Shown here: one piece after another, positions 27,051-37,683 of the stretch | Position numbering within the stretch: the stretch's first letter is position 1 | Layout of the letters: each line of letters opens with the position of its first letter | Assembly (NCBI GenBank): GCA_947458265.1 | Contig: CANGYF010000004.1 | Span: forward strand, 142,491-206,490 | Source of the DNA: Betaproteobacteria bacterium | GTDB taxonomy: Bacteria > Pseudomonadota > Gammaproteobacteria > Burkholderiales > CAIKXV01 | Length of the DNA stretch: 64,000 bases | Reading direction: 5' to 3' | Program-made: the position numbers and the translations under genes | The notes under the pieces: generated by a model | Databases searched by the model: none | What the model was told of the DNA's origin: nothing | The model's input: the letters and a program-made list of their open reading frames with translations, nothing else

Positions 27051-28352
27051 TCAGGCAGTCGTGCCGCTGCGCCGCTGGAACATGTCGCGCGGCATCAGGA
27101 ACACGAAGAAATTGGCCAGCACGATCGTGCCGGCGAGGAAATAGAACACGGCGAACAGGCCCCAGGTATCGGCGACCCAGCCCGCGAGCAGGGGCGCCAC
27201 GGCGGCACCGATCGCCTGCGTGCTGAACATGATGCCCACCGCCGAGCCCGCTGCCGTGGGCGGGGTGTTGTCCAGCATCCATGCCTGAAGCACGGCGCGC
27301 ACGGCGTACAGGAAGAACCCGAGCAGGGCGGTGCAGAACACGAACAGCAGCGTGCCCGGCGCCATCAGCATCACGCCGATCACCACGGCACTCATCAGCA
27401 TCGATCCGGCGACGATACGCGACCGTCCCATCCGGTCGGACAGGTGGCCGGCGATCGGCGAGGCGGCGAATCCGGCCGCCTGCAGCACGAACAGGCACAC
27501 GCCGACGGCAAAGATCGAGTAGCCGAGGTCATGGGTCAGGTACAGCGGCAGGAACACCAGCAGGCCGGTCTGGGTCATGGTGCGGAAGGCGGCGCTGGTG
27601 CAGATCATCATCATCGCGCGGTTGCGCAGGAGCGCCGCCGACTCGGCCATCTGTTCGGACCAGCGCGGACGCGTGCGCGCCGACTGCGCATCGGCCTGCA
27701 CGTCCATCGGCGTCAGGCCAGCCTGCTTTGCCCCGTCGTCGCGGCCAACGCGCACCGTCGGCAGTGCGCCGAGCATGGCCAGGATCAGCAGGGAGGCGAA
27801 CACCCCTGGAACGACGTTCATCACGACCACTTCGCGCCAGGTGAACATCGCGAGCAGGGCGCCGACCACCAGCGGGGCCAGAGCCTCGCCGACGTTGCCG
27901 CCCATGCCGTGTACCGACAGCGTGACGCCCTTGCGCGAGGGGTAGCGGTCGGCAAGGGTCGAGATCGCGGTCGGGTGCCAGATGTTGTTGCCCACCGATA
28001 CCAGCGTGACGCAGGCGAGCAGCACCCAGTAGGTGCTGGTGAAGCCCATCAGCAGGTAGGGGAAGCCGACCCAGAACAGCGAGGCCGCCATCATCAGGCC
28101 GCGTCTTGCATAACGGTCGACGAGCATCCCGGCCGGCAGGTTCGAGGCGGCACCGACCGCGTGCTGGACGGTCATGATGAAGCCGATCTGCACGTAGGAC
28201 AGGCCCAGCTCGGTGCCGATCAGCGGCAGCAGCAGGTAGAACGTCGCCGTATACCAGTGGGTCATCGCGTGGCCGGCCGATATCAGCCACACATCCTTCA
28301 GGCGCATGATGCCGGGCTGCGGGGGCTGGGGCAGGGTTGCTAGGCCGGACAT
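27051..28352 (-). CDS. MFS transporter
   Basis: 433 aa with about 12 hydrophobic segments and the MFS loop motif 'GMLVDRYARRG'. Confidence 0.85.
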   Translation of the reverse strand: MSGLATLPQPPQPGIMRLKDVWLISAGHAMTHWYTATFYLLLPLIGTELGLSYVQIGFIMTVQHAVGAASNLPAGMLVDRYARRGLMMAASLFWVGFPYLLMGFTSTYWVLLACVTLVSVGNNIWHPTAISTLADRYPSRKGVTLSVHGMGGNVGEALAPLVVGALLAMFTWREVVVMNVVPGVFASLLILAMLGALPTVRVGRDDGAKQAGLTPMDVQADAQSARTRPRWSEQMAESAALLRNRAMMMICTSAAFRTMTQTGLLVFLPLYLTHDLGYSIFAVGVCLFVLQAAGFAASPIAGHLSDRMGRSRIVAGSMLMSAVVIGVMLMAPGTLLFVFCTALLGFFLYAVRAVLQAWMLDNTPPTAAGSAVGIMFSTQAIGAAVAPLLAGWVADTWGLFAVFYFLAGTIVLANFFVFLMPRDMFQRRSGTTA

Positions 28353-28519
28353 CGTGGGTATTCGACTGGCGTGGGTGAACCACGGAAGCCTTGGATGTTA
28401 TCACGCACCCCCGGGCCTTCCCGGTTCACCGGGCCGCAACGGCACTACCGTGCGGGGGCAAGGCCATGGCCCGGCGAAGGCGCTGCTGGCGGGGCGGCCG
28501 CAGCCGCCCCCGGAACCCT

Positions 28520-30397
28520 TCAGGCCGCCTGGGCGAACATCGTGGCCGGGTCGTCGTGCCCGGGCTCGGAGAGCAGGGCCTCCATGTCCAGCACCAGCAC
28601 GACCGAGCCATCGCCGGCAAGTGTCGCTCCGGCCACGCCCTTCGGCTTGATCTGGTCGAGCGGCTTGATCACGACATCATCGCGGCCGATGAAGCCATCC
28701 ACCGCGAGCACCAGCGAGGACAGTGAAGCCTGCAGCAGCACGCCGTAGCGCGGCTGCATCGGCTGTGGCCAGCCGATCAGCCCGGACAGGCTGCGTACCG
28801 GCAGCACCTCGTCGCGCACCACCATCGTGGCGCGTCCGGAGACCGCCTGCACCTCGTTGGCGCGGATCGGGATGATCTCGCGCACCATCGACAGCGGCAC
28901 CGCGAACGGCTGGTCGCCGACCCGCACCACCAGCACCGGCAGGATCGCCAGGGTCAGCGGCAACGCGATCGAGATGCGGGTTCCGGAGCCGGGCTCGGAG
29001 GCGATCTCGATGCGCCCGTTCAACTTCTGGATGTTGCTCTTGACCACGTCCATGCCGACGCCGCGCCCGGACACACTGGACACTTCCTCCTTGGTGGAGA
29101 AGCCGGGCATGAAGATCAGGTGCAGCGCCTGCCGGTCGTCGAGTGCGCTTGCGGCCTCGATGTCGAGCAGTCCCTTCTCGACCGCCTTGCGGCGCAGTAC
29201 GTCTGGTCGCATGCCCCGGCCGTCGTCGCTGATCTCGATCACGATATGGTCGCCGGCCTGGCGTGCGGACAGCCGGACCGTGCCCTTCTCGGGCTTGCCG
29301 GCGGCCCGGCGGTCTTCCGGCGACTCGATGCCATGGTCGGCCGCGTTGCGCACCAGGTGCACCAGCGGATCGTTCAGTTCCTCGACCATCGTCTTGTCGA
29401 GTTCGGTCTCCTCGCCGGAGAGTTCCAGGTCGAGGTCCTTGCCGAGCTGGCGCGCGAGGTCCCGTGCCATCCGGGGATACTTCTGGAACAGTCGGCCGAC
29501 CGGCTGCATCCGCGTCTTCATCACCGCGTTCTGCAGGTCGCCGACCAGCAGGTCGAGTTGGCTCACCGCCTCGTCAAGCGCCCGGAACACTTCGGTAGAC
29601 GTCTTGCCCTGCATGATCTCCGTGCGCAGGCAGGTCAGGCGGTTCTTGGTCAGGCCGATCTCGCCGGACAGGTTGAGCACCTGGTCCAGCCGCGCGGTGT
29701 CGATCCGGATCGTGTTGTCCTTGACCACCAGCTTGTCGTTGTCGCGCCGTCCGGAGCGCTCACCGCGCGCGCCCGGCTGGTCGGTGTCGCGTCGGCCCAG
29801 GGGCGATGGTGCTGCCGGTGCTGCTTCGGCCACGGTAGCGCCGGCGGCCTGAGCCACGGCCGCGGGGGCCGGTACGCCGGTCAGCGCGCCGTACAGCGCC
29901 GGCCAGTCGACTGCCTCGCCTTCCTTGCCGGCCGCCATCGCGGCTGCCGGCGCCGACGGCGGGGTCGCAGCTGCCGGTGTCGCCACCGCGGCGCGCGCCA
30001 GCGGCTCGCCGGAGATCGCGCGCTCGAGATCGGCCAGCAGTGCCGGATCTGCCGGGCCCGAGTGGCCGGACGCGGCCAGCCCATCGAACATGTCCCGAAC
30101 CGAGCCCGTCGCCGACATGATCACGTCCATCAGCGCCGGGTCCAGCTTCAGCGAGCCGTTGCGCAGCAGATCGAACAGGTTTTCGGTCAAGTGGCACAGG
30201 TCGACCAGTGGCTGCACGCAGAGGAAGCCCGCGCCCCCCTTGATGGTGTGGAAGCCACGGAAGATGTGGTTGAGCAGTGCCGGATCGTCCTGCCGCCGCT
30301 CCAGTTCGACCAGCTTGTTGTCGACGTCGGCCAGCAGTTCGCCAGCCTCGGTCAGGAATTCCTTAAGCAGTTCTTGGTCGCCGGAAAAATCGCTCAT
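28520..30397 (-). CDS. cheA: chemotaxis histidine kinase CheA
   Basis: 625 aa. It has the Hpt motif 'FRGFHTIKGGAG', kinase boxes 'HLVRNAADHGIE', 'DDGRGM', 'GFSTK' and 'GRGVGMDVV', and a C-terminal CheW-like domain. Confidence 0.93.
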   Translation of the reverse strand: MSDFSGDQELLKEFLTEAGELLADVDNKLVELERRQDDPALLNHIFRGFHTIKGGAGFLCVQPLVDLCHLTENLFDLLRNGSLKLDPALMDVIMSATGSVRDMFDGLAASGHSGPADPALLADLERAISGEPLARAAVATPAAATPPSAPAAAMAAGKEGEAVDWPALYGALTGVPAPAAVAQAAGATVAEAAPAAPSPLGRRDTDQPGARGERSGRRDNDKLVVKDNTIRIDTARLDQVLNLSGEIGLTKNRLTCLRTEIMQGKTSTEVFRALDEAVSQLDLLVGDLQNAVMKTRMQPVGRLFQKYPRMARDLARQLGKDLDLELSGEETELDKTMVEELNDPLVHLVRNAADHGIESPEDRRAAGKPEKGTVRLSARQAGDHIVIEISDDGRGMRPDVLRRKAVEKGLLDIEAASALDDRQALHLIFMPGFSTKEEVSSVSGRGVGMDVVKSNIQKLNGRIEIASEPGSGTRISIALPLTLAILPVLVVRVGDQPFAVPLSMVREIIPIRANEVQAVSGRATMVVRDEVLPVRSLSGLIGWPQPMQPRYGVLLQASLSSLVLAVDGFIGRDDVVIKPLDQIKPKGVAGATLAGDGSVVLVLDMEALLSEPGHDDPATMFAQAA

Positions 30398-30477
30398 GGC
30401 CGGTCTCGCTTCAGCAGGGTGTACTTTGGTATGGGCAGCACGGGGTGCCCGGCAGTGTCGGGATGTCGCCTGTCCGG

Positions 30478-31203
30478 TCAGAAGCCGAGCGACTCCAGCA
30501 GTTCGTCGACCTGGTCCTGGTTTGAGACCACGTCCTTGCTGCCGTCGTGCTTGATCACCGGGCCGTTAAGCAGGCTCTCGGCCCCGGATCGCTTCTCCGC
30601 AGGCATCTGCTCGACCAGCAGCTGCAGCAGCTTGTGTTCGATGTCGTGGGCCGCGGCGGTGATCTTCTTGATCACCTGCCCGGTCAGGTCCTGGAAGTCC
30701 TGCGCCATCATGATCTCGGTCAGCTGCTGGCGCGTGGCCTCGGTGCGTGTGGGCACGTCGCCGAGGTAGTGCCTGGTCTCTGCGACCAGCACCTTGAATT
30801 CTTCGACCGACAGCTGATTGTCGAACAGGTGTTCCCACTTGGTCGAAAGCGCCTTGGCACCCGTCTCGAGCTCGTCCTGCAACGGGCGCGCGATCTCGGT
30901 TGCGTTGAGGGCGCGTTCGGCTGCCTTCTCGGTGAGCGTGGCCACGTAATTGAGGCGGTCGCGGGTGTCGGGGATGGCGGAGGCGGCCTGCTGCAGCGAC
31001 TTGTCCAGGCCGAGCTGGCGCAGGCTGTCGTGCAGTGCGCGGGTGAGCTTTCCGAGCTTGACCACCACTTCGCCCGACTGAGTGTCGGCCGCACCATGTA
31101 CTGCGTCGCCGCCAGCCACCGGCTCGCCACCGGCGGCCACGATGCTGTCGAAAAGCGCCTCGAGGTCGGGGGAGTCCTGATCCAGAACCGTGCTGTCGTT
31201 CAT
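30478..31203 (-). CDS. cheZ: CheY-P phosphatase CheZ
   Basis: 241 aa with the catalytic-Gln context 'MMAQDFQDLTGQVIKK' and an acidic C-terminal tail 'DQVDELLESLGF'. Confidence 0.9.
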   Translation of the reverse strand: MNDSTVLDQDSPDLEALFDSIVAAGGEPVAGGDAVHGAADTQSGEVVVKLGKLTRALHDSLRQLGLDKSLQQAASAIPDTRDRLNYVATLTEKAAERALNATEIARPLQDELETGAKALSTKWEHLFDNQLSVEEFKVLVAETRHYLGDVPTRTEATRQQLTEIMMAQDFQDLTGQVIKKITAAAHDIEHKLLQLLVEQMPAEKRSGAESLLNGPVIKHDGSKDVVSNQDQVDELLESLGF

Positions 31204-31207
31204 CGCC

Positions 31208-31603
31208 TCACCCCACCTTTTCCATGGTCTTCAGGATCTTGCTGAGCTTCTCGTCGAGCACCGCCGCCGTGAATGGCTTGACGATGTAGCCGCTGGCCTT
31301 GGCCTGCGCCGCCTCGATGATGTTCTCCTTCTTCGCCTCGGCCGTGATCATCAGCACCGGCAGGCTGGACAGCGCCGCATCGCCGCGGATCGCGCGCAGC
31401 AGTTCGATGCCGGTCATGTTCGGCATGTTCCAGTCCGAGATGACGAAGTCGAAGCTGCCACTCTTGAGCTTGGCCAGGGCCACCGCGCCGTCTTCGGCCT
31501 CTTCGATGTTGGTGAAGCCGAGTTCCTTCAGCAGGTTGCGCACGATCCTGCGCATCGTGGAGAAGTCGTCGACGACGAGGAACTTCATGTTTTCCTTGCT
31601 CAT
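31208..31603 (-). CDS. cheY: chemotaxis response regulator CheY
   Basis: 131-aa single REC domain with '[10 protein letters not shown]', '[12 protein letters not shown]', 'MITAEA' and 'YIVKPF'. Confidence 0.95.
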   Translation of the reverse strand: MSKENMKFLVVDDFSTMRRIVRNLLKELGFTNIEEAEDGAVALAKLKSGSFDFVISDWNMPNMTGIELLRAIRGDAALSSLPVLMITAEAKKENIIEAAQAKASGYIVKPFTAAVLDEKLSKILKTMEKVG

Positions 31604-31679
31604 TCAGATGCTCCGGAGCGGCTGATGTAGGACGGTTCGGGATTCGGGTCGCGTTGCATGGACGTTCGATGGGTACCCG

Positions 31680-32624
31680 TCAGGCGGCGCGGGCGAGCAG
31701 GGGACGCAGCGTCTCTGCGAGCATGGAGGCATCGAACTTCGCCACGTAGGCATCGACGCCCACGGCCTGGCCCATGGCCCGGCTGGCGCTGGAGGACAGC
31801 GAGGAGTGCATCACCACCGGGATGCCGTTGAAGCGCTTGTCCGCCTTCACCAGTCGGGTGAGCACGTAGCCATCCATCTCGGGCATCTCGGCATCGGCCA
31901 GGATCACCCCGAGGTGCGCGGACAGCGGTGTGCCTTCGGCATCGGCACGCGCTGCCATGGTCTGCAGACTGTCCCAGGCTTCGCGGCCGTTGGTGGCCTG
32001 CAGCGAGCGCACGCCGAGCCGGTCCAGCACGAGGCTGATCTCGCGCCGGGCGACCAGCGAGTCGTCCACGTAGAAGACGGTCGCATCGGACGCGTTGTGC
32101 GCGGGTGCGATCTCCGGCACCAGCGTGTCGCCGTAGACCTGCGCCAGCACGTGCTCGACGTCCAGGATCGACACCAGCCGGTCCTGCTCGAGGCGCGTGA
32201 TGGCGGTGATCGGGTTCTCCGAGGAGGTGAGGCGACTCTCCGGCGGCTTCACCTGGTCCCAGTCGACGCGGATGATGTGTTCGACGTCGTGCACCAGGAA
32301 TGCCTGCGTATGCCGGCTGTACTCGGTGATCATCATCGTTTCGCAGGAAGACAGCGATGGATCGGACAGGCCGGCGAAGCGCGCGAGGTTGATCACCGGG
32401 ATGATGTTGCCGCGAAGGCTGATCACGCCCTCCACGCCGCTGGGCATGTTCGGCGTACGGGTGACCTTCGGGGTCTTCGTGACCTCGCGCACCTTGAACA
32501 CGTTGATGCCGAAGGTCTCGCGGGTGCCGAGGGAGAACAGCAGGATCTCCATCTTGTTCGAGCCGGCGAGGCGGGTGCGTGCATCCACGCTGTCGAGCAT
32601 CGTGCTGTTTTCTGGCATGTCCAT
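31680..32624 (-). CDS. cheV: CheV (CheW-like domain fused to receiver domain), copy 1
   Basis: 314 aa. The N-terminal CheW-like region ('FGINVFKVREV', 'ISLRGNIIPVINL') is followed by a C-terminal REC ('ILADAEMPEMDGY', 'KF'). Confidence 0.9.
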   Translation of the reverse strand: MDMPENSTMLDSVDARTRLAGSNKMEILLFSLGTRETFGINVFKVREVTKTPKVTRTPNMPSGVEGVISLRGNIIPVINLARFAGLSDPSLSSCETMMITEYSRHTQAFLVHDVEHIIRVDWDQVKPPESRLTSSENPITAITRLEQDRLVSILDVEHVLAQVYGDTLVPEIAPAHNASDATVFYVDDSLVARREISLVLDRLGVRSLQATNGREAWDSLQTMAARADAEGTPLSAHLGVILADAEMPEMDGYVLTRLVKADKRFNGIPVVMHSSLSSSASRAMGQAVGVDAYVAKFDASMLAETLRPLLARAA

Positions 32625-32727
32625 CGGGGAGTGTCCTGGTGTCGTCTGTCCGGTGCGGGAGTCGGGGATCGGGAAGCCCGGAGGAAGAGGGAAAGTCGGC
32701 GTGCTTGCCTGATACGGTCGCCTTCGT

Positions 32728-33669
32728 TCAGACGAGCAGGCGCGCCAGCGTGGCGGCGAGCCGCTGCGGCTCGAACTTCGACACGTATTCGTCGACCCCG
32801 ACCGACTTGCCGAGCTTCTGGTTGGAATCGCCTGACAGGGAGGAGTGCATCAGTACCTTGATGCCCTTGAAGCGCGTATCCGACTTGATGCGGCGGGTCA
32901 GCATGTAGCCGTCCATCTCCGGCATCTCGACGTCGGTGAGGACGATCTGCACGCTCTGTACAAGGGGCTCGCCGCGCGAAGTCGACTGGTCGGCCAGCCG
33001 CAGCAGCGTCTCCCAGGCCTGGCGGCCGTTGACCGCCTGGATGTGGTGCACGCCGAGCGCATCCAGGGTGCGCGAGATCTGCTTGCGCGCGGTGCTGGAG
33101 TCATCGGCGAAGAACACGGTGCGGCCTTCCTTGCCGAGCGGGACCACGTGGCGGTAGACATCCTCGTCTTCGGTGCCGGTGGTGTCGGAGAGAATCTTCT
33201 CGACGTCCATCATCATCACCAGCCGGCCGTCGGCGAGTTCCGTCACCGCGGTGATCAGGCCGCTCATGTTCTGCGCGAGCATGGCCGGCGGCACCTTCAT
33301 CTTCGCCCAGTCCAGGCGCAGGATGGTGTCGACCGCGGCCACCAGTAGGCCCTGGGTCCGCCCGTTGTATTCGGTGACGATCATCACCTCCGGCGTGGTG
33401 TCGCTGGGAATGCCGGTGTAGCGCACCAGATCGATGACCGGCACCAGCACGCCGCGCAGGCTCACCATGCCCATTACCGAGCTGGGCATTTCCGGGGCGC
33501 TGGTGATCGGGGGCGTGCGCATCACCTCGCGCACCTTGAACACATTGATGCCGAAGGTCTCGGTGCGTCCGGTCCTGGAGTCGAGGCCCAGGGAGAACAT
33601 CAGGATCTCGAGCTTGTTGGTACCGGCGAGCCGGGTGCGTGCGTCAATGCTCTGTAGGAGGTCGGACAT
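32728..33669 (-). CDS. cheV: CheV (CheW-like domain fused to receiver domain), copy 2
   Basis: 313 aa with the same architecture as copy 1 ('FGINVFKVREV', 'VSLRGVLVPVIDL', 'VLTDVEMPEMDGY'). Confidence 0.9.
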   Translation of the reverse strand: MSDLLQSIDARTRLAGTNKLEILMFSLGLDSRTGRTETFGINVFKVREVMRTPPITSAPEMPSSVMGMVSLRGVLVPVIDLVRYTGIPSDTTPEVMIVTEYNGRTQGLLVAAVDTILRLDWAKMKVPPAMLAQNMSGLITAVTELADGRLVMMMDVEKILSDTTGTEDEDVYRHVVPLGKEGRTVFFADDSSTARKQISRTLDALGVHHIQAVNGRQAWETLLRLADQSTSRGEPLVQSVQIVLTDVEMPEMDGYMLTRRIKSDTRFKGIKVLMHSSLSGDSNQKLGKSVGVDEYVSKFEPQRLAATLARLLV

Positions 33670-33699
33670 TGGGATTCCCGTGTGGATCCGTGCGGGGGG

Positions 33700-35328
33700 T
33701 CAGGCGCGGAACTGGCTGACCTGCTGGTTCACGGCTTCGGCGAGTCCTTCGAGGTCGCGTGCCGCATCGGTCGCGACGACGATGGCACGGCTCGAGTCCT
33801 CGGCCATGCGGGCGATGCGCTCCACATGGCGTGCGATCTCCTGGCTGGCGTTACGCTGTTCGGACGCCGCCGACGCGATGTCGCCGACGTAGTTGCTGGT
33901 GGAACCTGCGCCTTCCTGAATCTGTGCGAGTGCCCGCTCGACCTCGTTCGACAGGCCGACGCCTTCGTCGACCTGGGTGGTGCTGCGCTGGAGCTGGGCT
34001 ACCGCGCTGGCGACTTCCGTCTGGATGGTGCTGGTCAGTGCGGAGATCTCGGTGGTAGACGCACCAGTGCGCTCGGCCAGCTTGCGTACCTCGTCAGCGA
34101 CGACCGCGAAGCCTCGGCCCTGCTCGCCGGCCCGGGCCGCCTCGATCGCCGCGTTCAGCGCCAGGAGGTTGGTCTGTTCGGAGATGTCGCGGATCACGTC
34201 GACGATGGTCGAGATCTCGGCCGAGCGTCTCGACAGCGCTTCGATCAGTCGCGACGAGTCCTGCACCGACCCGGCGAGCCGCGTCATGGCCTCTGCCGCC
34301 TTGCGCATGGTCTCGCGGCCGGTCTCGGACAGGGTGCTTGCCTCCTGGGCGATGCCCCGGGTCTGCTCGGCATGCTCGGCCACATGGCTGATGCTGACCG
34401 ACACCTGCTCGACCGCCGCTGCAGTCGACGAGGCCGCTTCGCTCTGCGCCTGCGCTTGCCCCGCGATGTCGCGCGTGGCCCCGGCGACGCTGGTCGATGC
34501 GCCGGACAGGCGTCCTGCGTCCTGCTTCAACCTGCCCACGGTCTGCTGCAATTGCACCATCAGGCCATTGAAGGCGTCCATCGCCTGGCCGAGTTCGTCG
34601 TGGCCGGCACCTCGCGCGCGCACCGTGAGATCATTGTCGCGCTGGGCGGCCTTCAGCGCATCGCGCAAGCCGTTGAGAGGGTTCAGGATCGAACGGCTGA
34701 CCAGCAGGCCGAAGCCCAGCAGCACGAGCGCGCCCGCGAGGCTGATGCCGACGGTAACCCAGCGGGTCGTCTGTTGGCGGGCGGTTGCCGCCTCGTATTC
34801 CTTGCGGACTTCCTCGACCTGCAGCGCAGTCAGCGCGGTCAGCGCCTCGCTCAGCCCGTTCCAGGGTGCTTCGACTTCGCCGGTGATGATCGTGCGTGCG
34901 GCCGGCATGTTGCCCGCCTTGAGTTCGGCGGCCGCCGGCTTCAGGCCATCGTCGATGAATCGCTTGAGCCGGGGCAGGGTGCTCTTCTGCAGTTCCGCCT
35001 CTTCCCGCGTGCTGCCCGTGGCGAGGTAGTCGGCGAGTGCCTTCTCCGCCTCGGCGACCCGGGCCTCGATACGCGCGGCACGCGCGGCGGCGGCCTCCCT
35101 GGTGTTTTCCACGACAGCGAACGCAGCGTCGGCGCGGGCCCGGGTCAGGCGCTCCACGACGGCGGCGATGTGCAGTTGTGCGACCATCCGGTCTTCGTAC
35201 ACAACCCGCAAGGTCTCCTTCGCCCCGCTCAAGCTCTGGAAGGCGACCACGGACAGCATCACGATCACGAGCAAGGGTAGGAGGGCCATGGCCCAGAGGC
35301 GCTGTGCGACAGTCAGGCTATTCAACAT
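33700..35328 (-). CDS. methyl-accepting chemotaxis protein
   Basis: 542 aa. It has an N-terminal TM segment, a helical periplasmic sensor, a second TM segment and a HAMP domain. The conserved signalling hairpin is '[38 protein letters not shown]'. Confidence 0.93.
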   Translation of the reverse strand: MLNSLTVAQRLWAMALLPLLVIVMLSVVAFQSLSGAKETLRVVYEDRMVAQLHIAAVVERLTRARADAAFAVVENTREAAAARAARIEARVAEAEKALADYLATGSTREEAELQKSTLPRLKRFIDDGLKPAAAELKAGNMPAARTIITGEVEAPWNGLSEALTALTALQVEEVRKEYEAATARQQTTRWVTVGISLAGALVLLGFGLLVSRSILNPLNGLRDALKAAQRDNDLTVRARGAGHDELGQAMDAFNGLMVQLQQTVGRLKQDAGRLSGASTSVAGATRDIAGQAQAQSEAASSTAAAVEQVSVSISHVAEHAEQTRGIAQEASTLSETGRETMRKAAEAMTRLAGSVQDSSRLIEALSRRSAEISTIVDVIRDISEQTNLLALNAAIEAARAGEQGRGFAVVADEVRKLAERTGASTTEISALTSTIQTEVASAVAQLQRSTTQVDEGVGLSNEVERALAQIQEGAGSTSNYVGDIASAASEQRNASQEIARHVERIARMAEDSSRAIVVATDAARDLEGLAEAVNQQVSQFRA

Positions 35329-35393
35329 GCTTGCAACTCCGGTGGATGGCGTCGTGCGCTGGCGTGCATTCAGATGGTCGAGCCGTTAACGGC

Positions 35394-36059
35394 ATGCCGG
35401 GCGCGCACTTTAGCCCTCGCGTCGACGCGAGGGCAGGTTCTGCCTCGCCGGACATCACGGCTCCCGCGGCGCGAGGTGTGGTCGTGGTGGTGCTCGGCGC
35501 CGGCTTCGGCCGCCGGTTCGGCGGGGACAAGCTGTCGGCCGTCCTGCCCGACGGGCGCGCGGTCGGGGCGGCGAGCCTGGCCCTGGCCCGTGCCGCCTGG
35601 CCGGACGTGGTCTGCGTGGCGCGTCCCGATACCGGCATGGCCCGGATCGCGCGCGAGTCCGGTGTTCCGCTCATCGAGTGCCCGGATGCAGTCGGCGGCA
35701 TGGGCTACAGCCTCGCCGCCGCGGTACGGGCTACCGCCGGCGCGGCCGGCTGGGTGATCGCCCTCGGCGACATGCCTTTCCTGTCGCCGGCGACTTTGCG
35801 CGCGGTCGCCGAATCCGTGGCTGCAGGCCAGTTGATCGTCGCGCCCTCGTTCGAAGGCGAGCGCGGGCATCCGGTCGGGTTCGGAGCAGCGCTTGGACCG
35901 GAACTCGCCGCACTGGCCGGGGACGAGGGCGCCCGGACGGTGCTGACCCGACATCGGGACCGACTGACTCTGCTGTCAGTCTCCGATGCCGGTGTACTAC
36001 AAGATGTCGACCAGCCGACAGACCTCGCCGGAACAGTGGCGGATCCGCGGCCGGACTGA
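35394..36059 (+). CDS. MobA/MocA-like nucleotidyltransferase family protein
   Basis: 'VVVLGAGFGRRFGGDKL' and 'ALGDMPF' motifs of the molybdenum-cofactor nucleotidyltransferase-like fold. The start is uncertain (ATG 35394 or ATG 35346). Confidence 0.7.
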   Translation: MPGAHFSPRVDARAGSASPDITAPAARGVVVVVLGAGFGRRFGGDKLSAVLPDGRAVGAASLALARAAWPDVVCVARPDTGMARIARESGVPLIECPDAVGGMGYSLAAAVRATAGAAGWVIALGDMPFLSPATLRAVAESVAAGQLIVAPSFEGERGHPVGFGAALGPELAALAGDEGARTVLTRHRDRLTLLSVSDAGVLQDVDQPTDLAGTVADPRPD

Positions 36060-36067
36060 ACGCTGGA

Positions 36068-36886
36068 TCAGGCGATCAGCGACAGCTCCGCAGCGAGCAT
36101 GGAAACGCCAGCCGCCGCCGATGCCCAGAACAGGCTGCGCGCGGTGGAGCGCTGTCCCTTGCTGGTACTGGCCGGAATCACCACCTTGTGCTGGTCGCGC
36201 CGCAGCACGCCGTCCCGGTGCAGTTCGTTCAGGGCAGTGGTCACGGTCTGGCGGCGGGCGCCGATCATGTTCGCGAGTTCCTGATGTGTCAGGCGCAGGT
36301 CCAGTGCCCACTCGCCGTCGCGCCGTTCCCCCTTGCCGGCGGCCAGCCGCTGCAGCAGGCGGACGATGCGGTTGGGTACGTCCTGCGACACGACATCGGT
36401 CAGCGAATCGGCGACCGATTCCATCCGCCAGCGCAGCGATTCGATCACCGCCAAGGCCATCGCCGGGCGTGCGGCGATCAGCGCGCGGAAGTCGGCCTCG
36501 TCGATTGCCAACGCCTCGCCGGCTTCGACCACCTGGGCCGATGCCACCCGCGTCGTCGATTTCGAGAGGCCGCTGAAGCCGACCAGTTCCCCGGGACCGC
36601 AGAGCGTGATGATCACTTCGTTGCCGTTCGCGGTCTGGCGCTGCAGTTTCACCAGGCCGCTGCGCAGGATGAACACCGTCGAGCGTGGTTCGCCGCGGCT
36701 GAACAGCAGCTGGCGACGGCCGAGCGCGCGGCGCGAGCATCGCTCGATCATCGCCGTGCGGTCCTCGGCCGACAGCAGGTCGAGGAAGGCTGCCGGCGCA
36801 TGCTGCGCCACTTCGAGGCTGTCGTGGGTGGCGCGCTCGTCGCTGCCTGAGCGGTCGTCCAGGGTGTCGGTCATGGTTCTGGCCAT
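36068..36886 (-). CDS. Crp/Fnr-family transcriptional regulator
   Basis: It has a cNMP-binding-like beta-roll ('FSRGEPRSTVFILRSGLVKL') and a C-terminal HTH ('LTHQELANMIGARRQTVTTALNEL'). The start is ATG 36886 or ATG 36874. No N-terminal Cys cluster is evident. Confidence 0.85.
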   Translation of the reverse strand: MARTMTDTLDDRSGSDERATHDSLEVAQHAPAAFLDLLSAEDRTAMIERCSRRALGRRQLLFSRGEPRSTVFILRSGLVKLQRQTANGNEVIITLCGPGELVGFSGLSKSTTRVASAQVVEAGEALAIDEADFRALIAARPAMALAVIESLRWRMESVADSLTDVVSQDVPNRIVRLLQRLAAGKGERRDGEWALDLRLTHQELANMIGARRQTVTTALNELHRDGVLRRDQHKVVIPASTSKGQRSTARSLFWASAAAGVSMLAAELSLIA

Positions 36887-37152
36887 TCTGTGAGGATATG
36901 GGACTTCAGGGAGCCCGCCGGAATGAATGCGGGCCTTGTATTGGAAGGCATTCTTGACAGTCATCTAGAATTGCATCTTGTGAGAGCCCGCCACACGATT
37001 ATGACATCCGACGTGGCGGTTGGTTCCCGCGACGCTGCCTGAACCTGACGCCTTTGCGCCGCCGGCGCTCGGGGAGGCAGGCGGCCGGTGCAGTGACTTC
37101 CCGCCGCCTGCTTGCTACGATGCGACCCGCCGCAATCGTCCGAGGAAGAAAA

Positions 37153-37632
37153 ATGCTGCAGCTCTCGAAGACTTCAAGCCGCGCGCTGGCAGGTTTCGTC
37201 GCCGCCGCAGGACTCGTGCTGTCGCTCGGCGCCGGGGTGGCGATGGCGCAGACGCCGCAGCAGGCGATCGCATTCCGCAAGGGCTCGATGCAGGTCCAGC
37301 AATGGCACCTGGCGCGCGTCCTGGTCCCGATGATCAAGGGCCAGCGCCCGTTCGACGCGGCCGTCTACCTGCGCGCGATGACGACCATCGAGGTGCTCTC
37401 CGGTTCGATTGGTGACGGTTACATTCCCGGCAGCGAAACCGGCGAAACCCGGGCTCTGCCCGAGGTGTTCAAGGATCCGGCCAGCTTCCGTGCCGCGGTC
37501 GAGCGCTTCCAGGGCGAGGCGAAGCGGGCGGTGGCCGTGGCCCGCAGCGGCGACGAGAAAGCGATGCGCGCCGAGGTGGTGGAGATGATCAAGGCCTGCG
37601 AAGGCTGCCACGAGCGCTTCCGCAGCAAATAG
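37153..37632 (+). CDS. cytochrome c' (class II c-type cytochrome)
   Basis: 159 aa from ATG 37153 (RBS GAGGAAG). It has a signal peptide ending VAMA|QT and a single C-terminal haem site 'CEGCHERFR', typical of four-helix-bundle cytochrome c'. Confidence 0.85.
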   Translation: MLQLSKTSSRALAGFVAAAGLVLSLGAGVAMAQTPQQAIAFRKGSMQVQQWHLARVLVPMIKGQRPFDAAVYLRAMTTIEVLSGSIGDGYIPGSETGETRALPEVFKDPASFRAAVERFQGEAKRAVAVARSGDEKAMRAEVVEMIKACEGCHERFRSK

Positions 37633-37683
37633 AGCGGCCCTGCGGAGCCAGGGCAACCCTCCGGGGCAGAGTAACCCTGCGGG

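Noticed and set aside
28353-28519. GC hairpin GGGGCGGC-NNNN-GCCGCCCC after the cheA stop as an intrinsic terminator
   Set aside because: The stem is present, but no U tract follows on the minus strand, and it may simply be GC-rich spacer. It is left unannotated.
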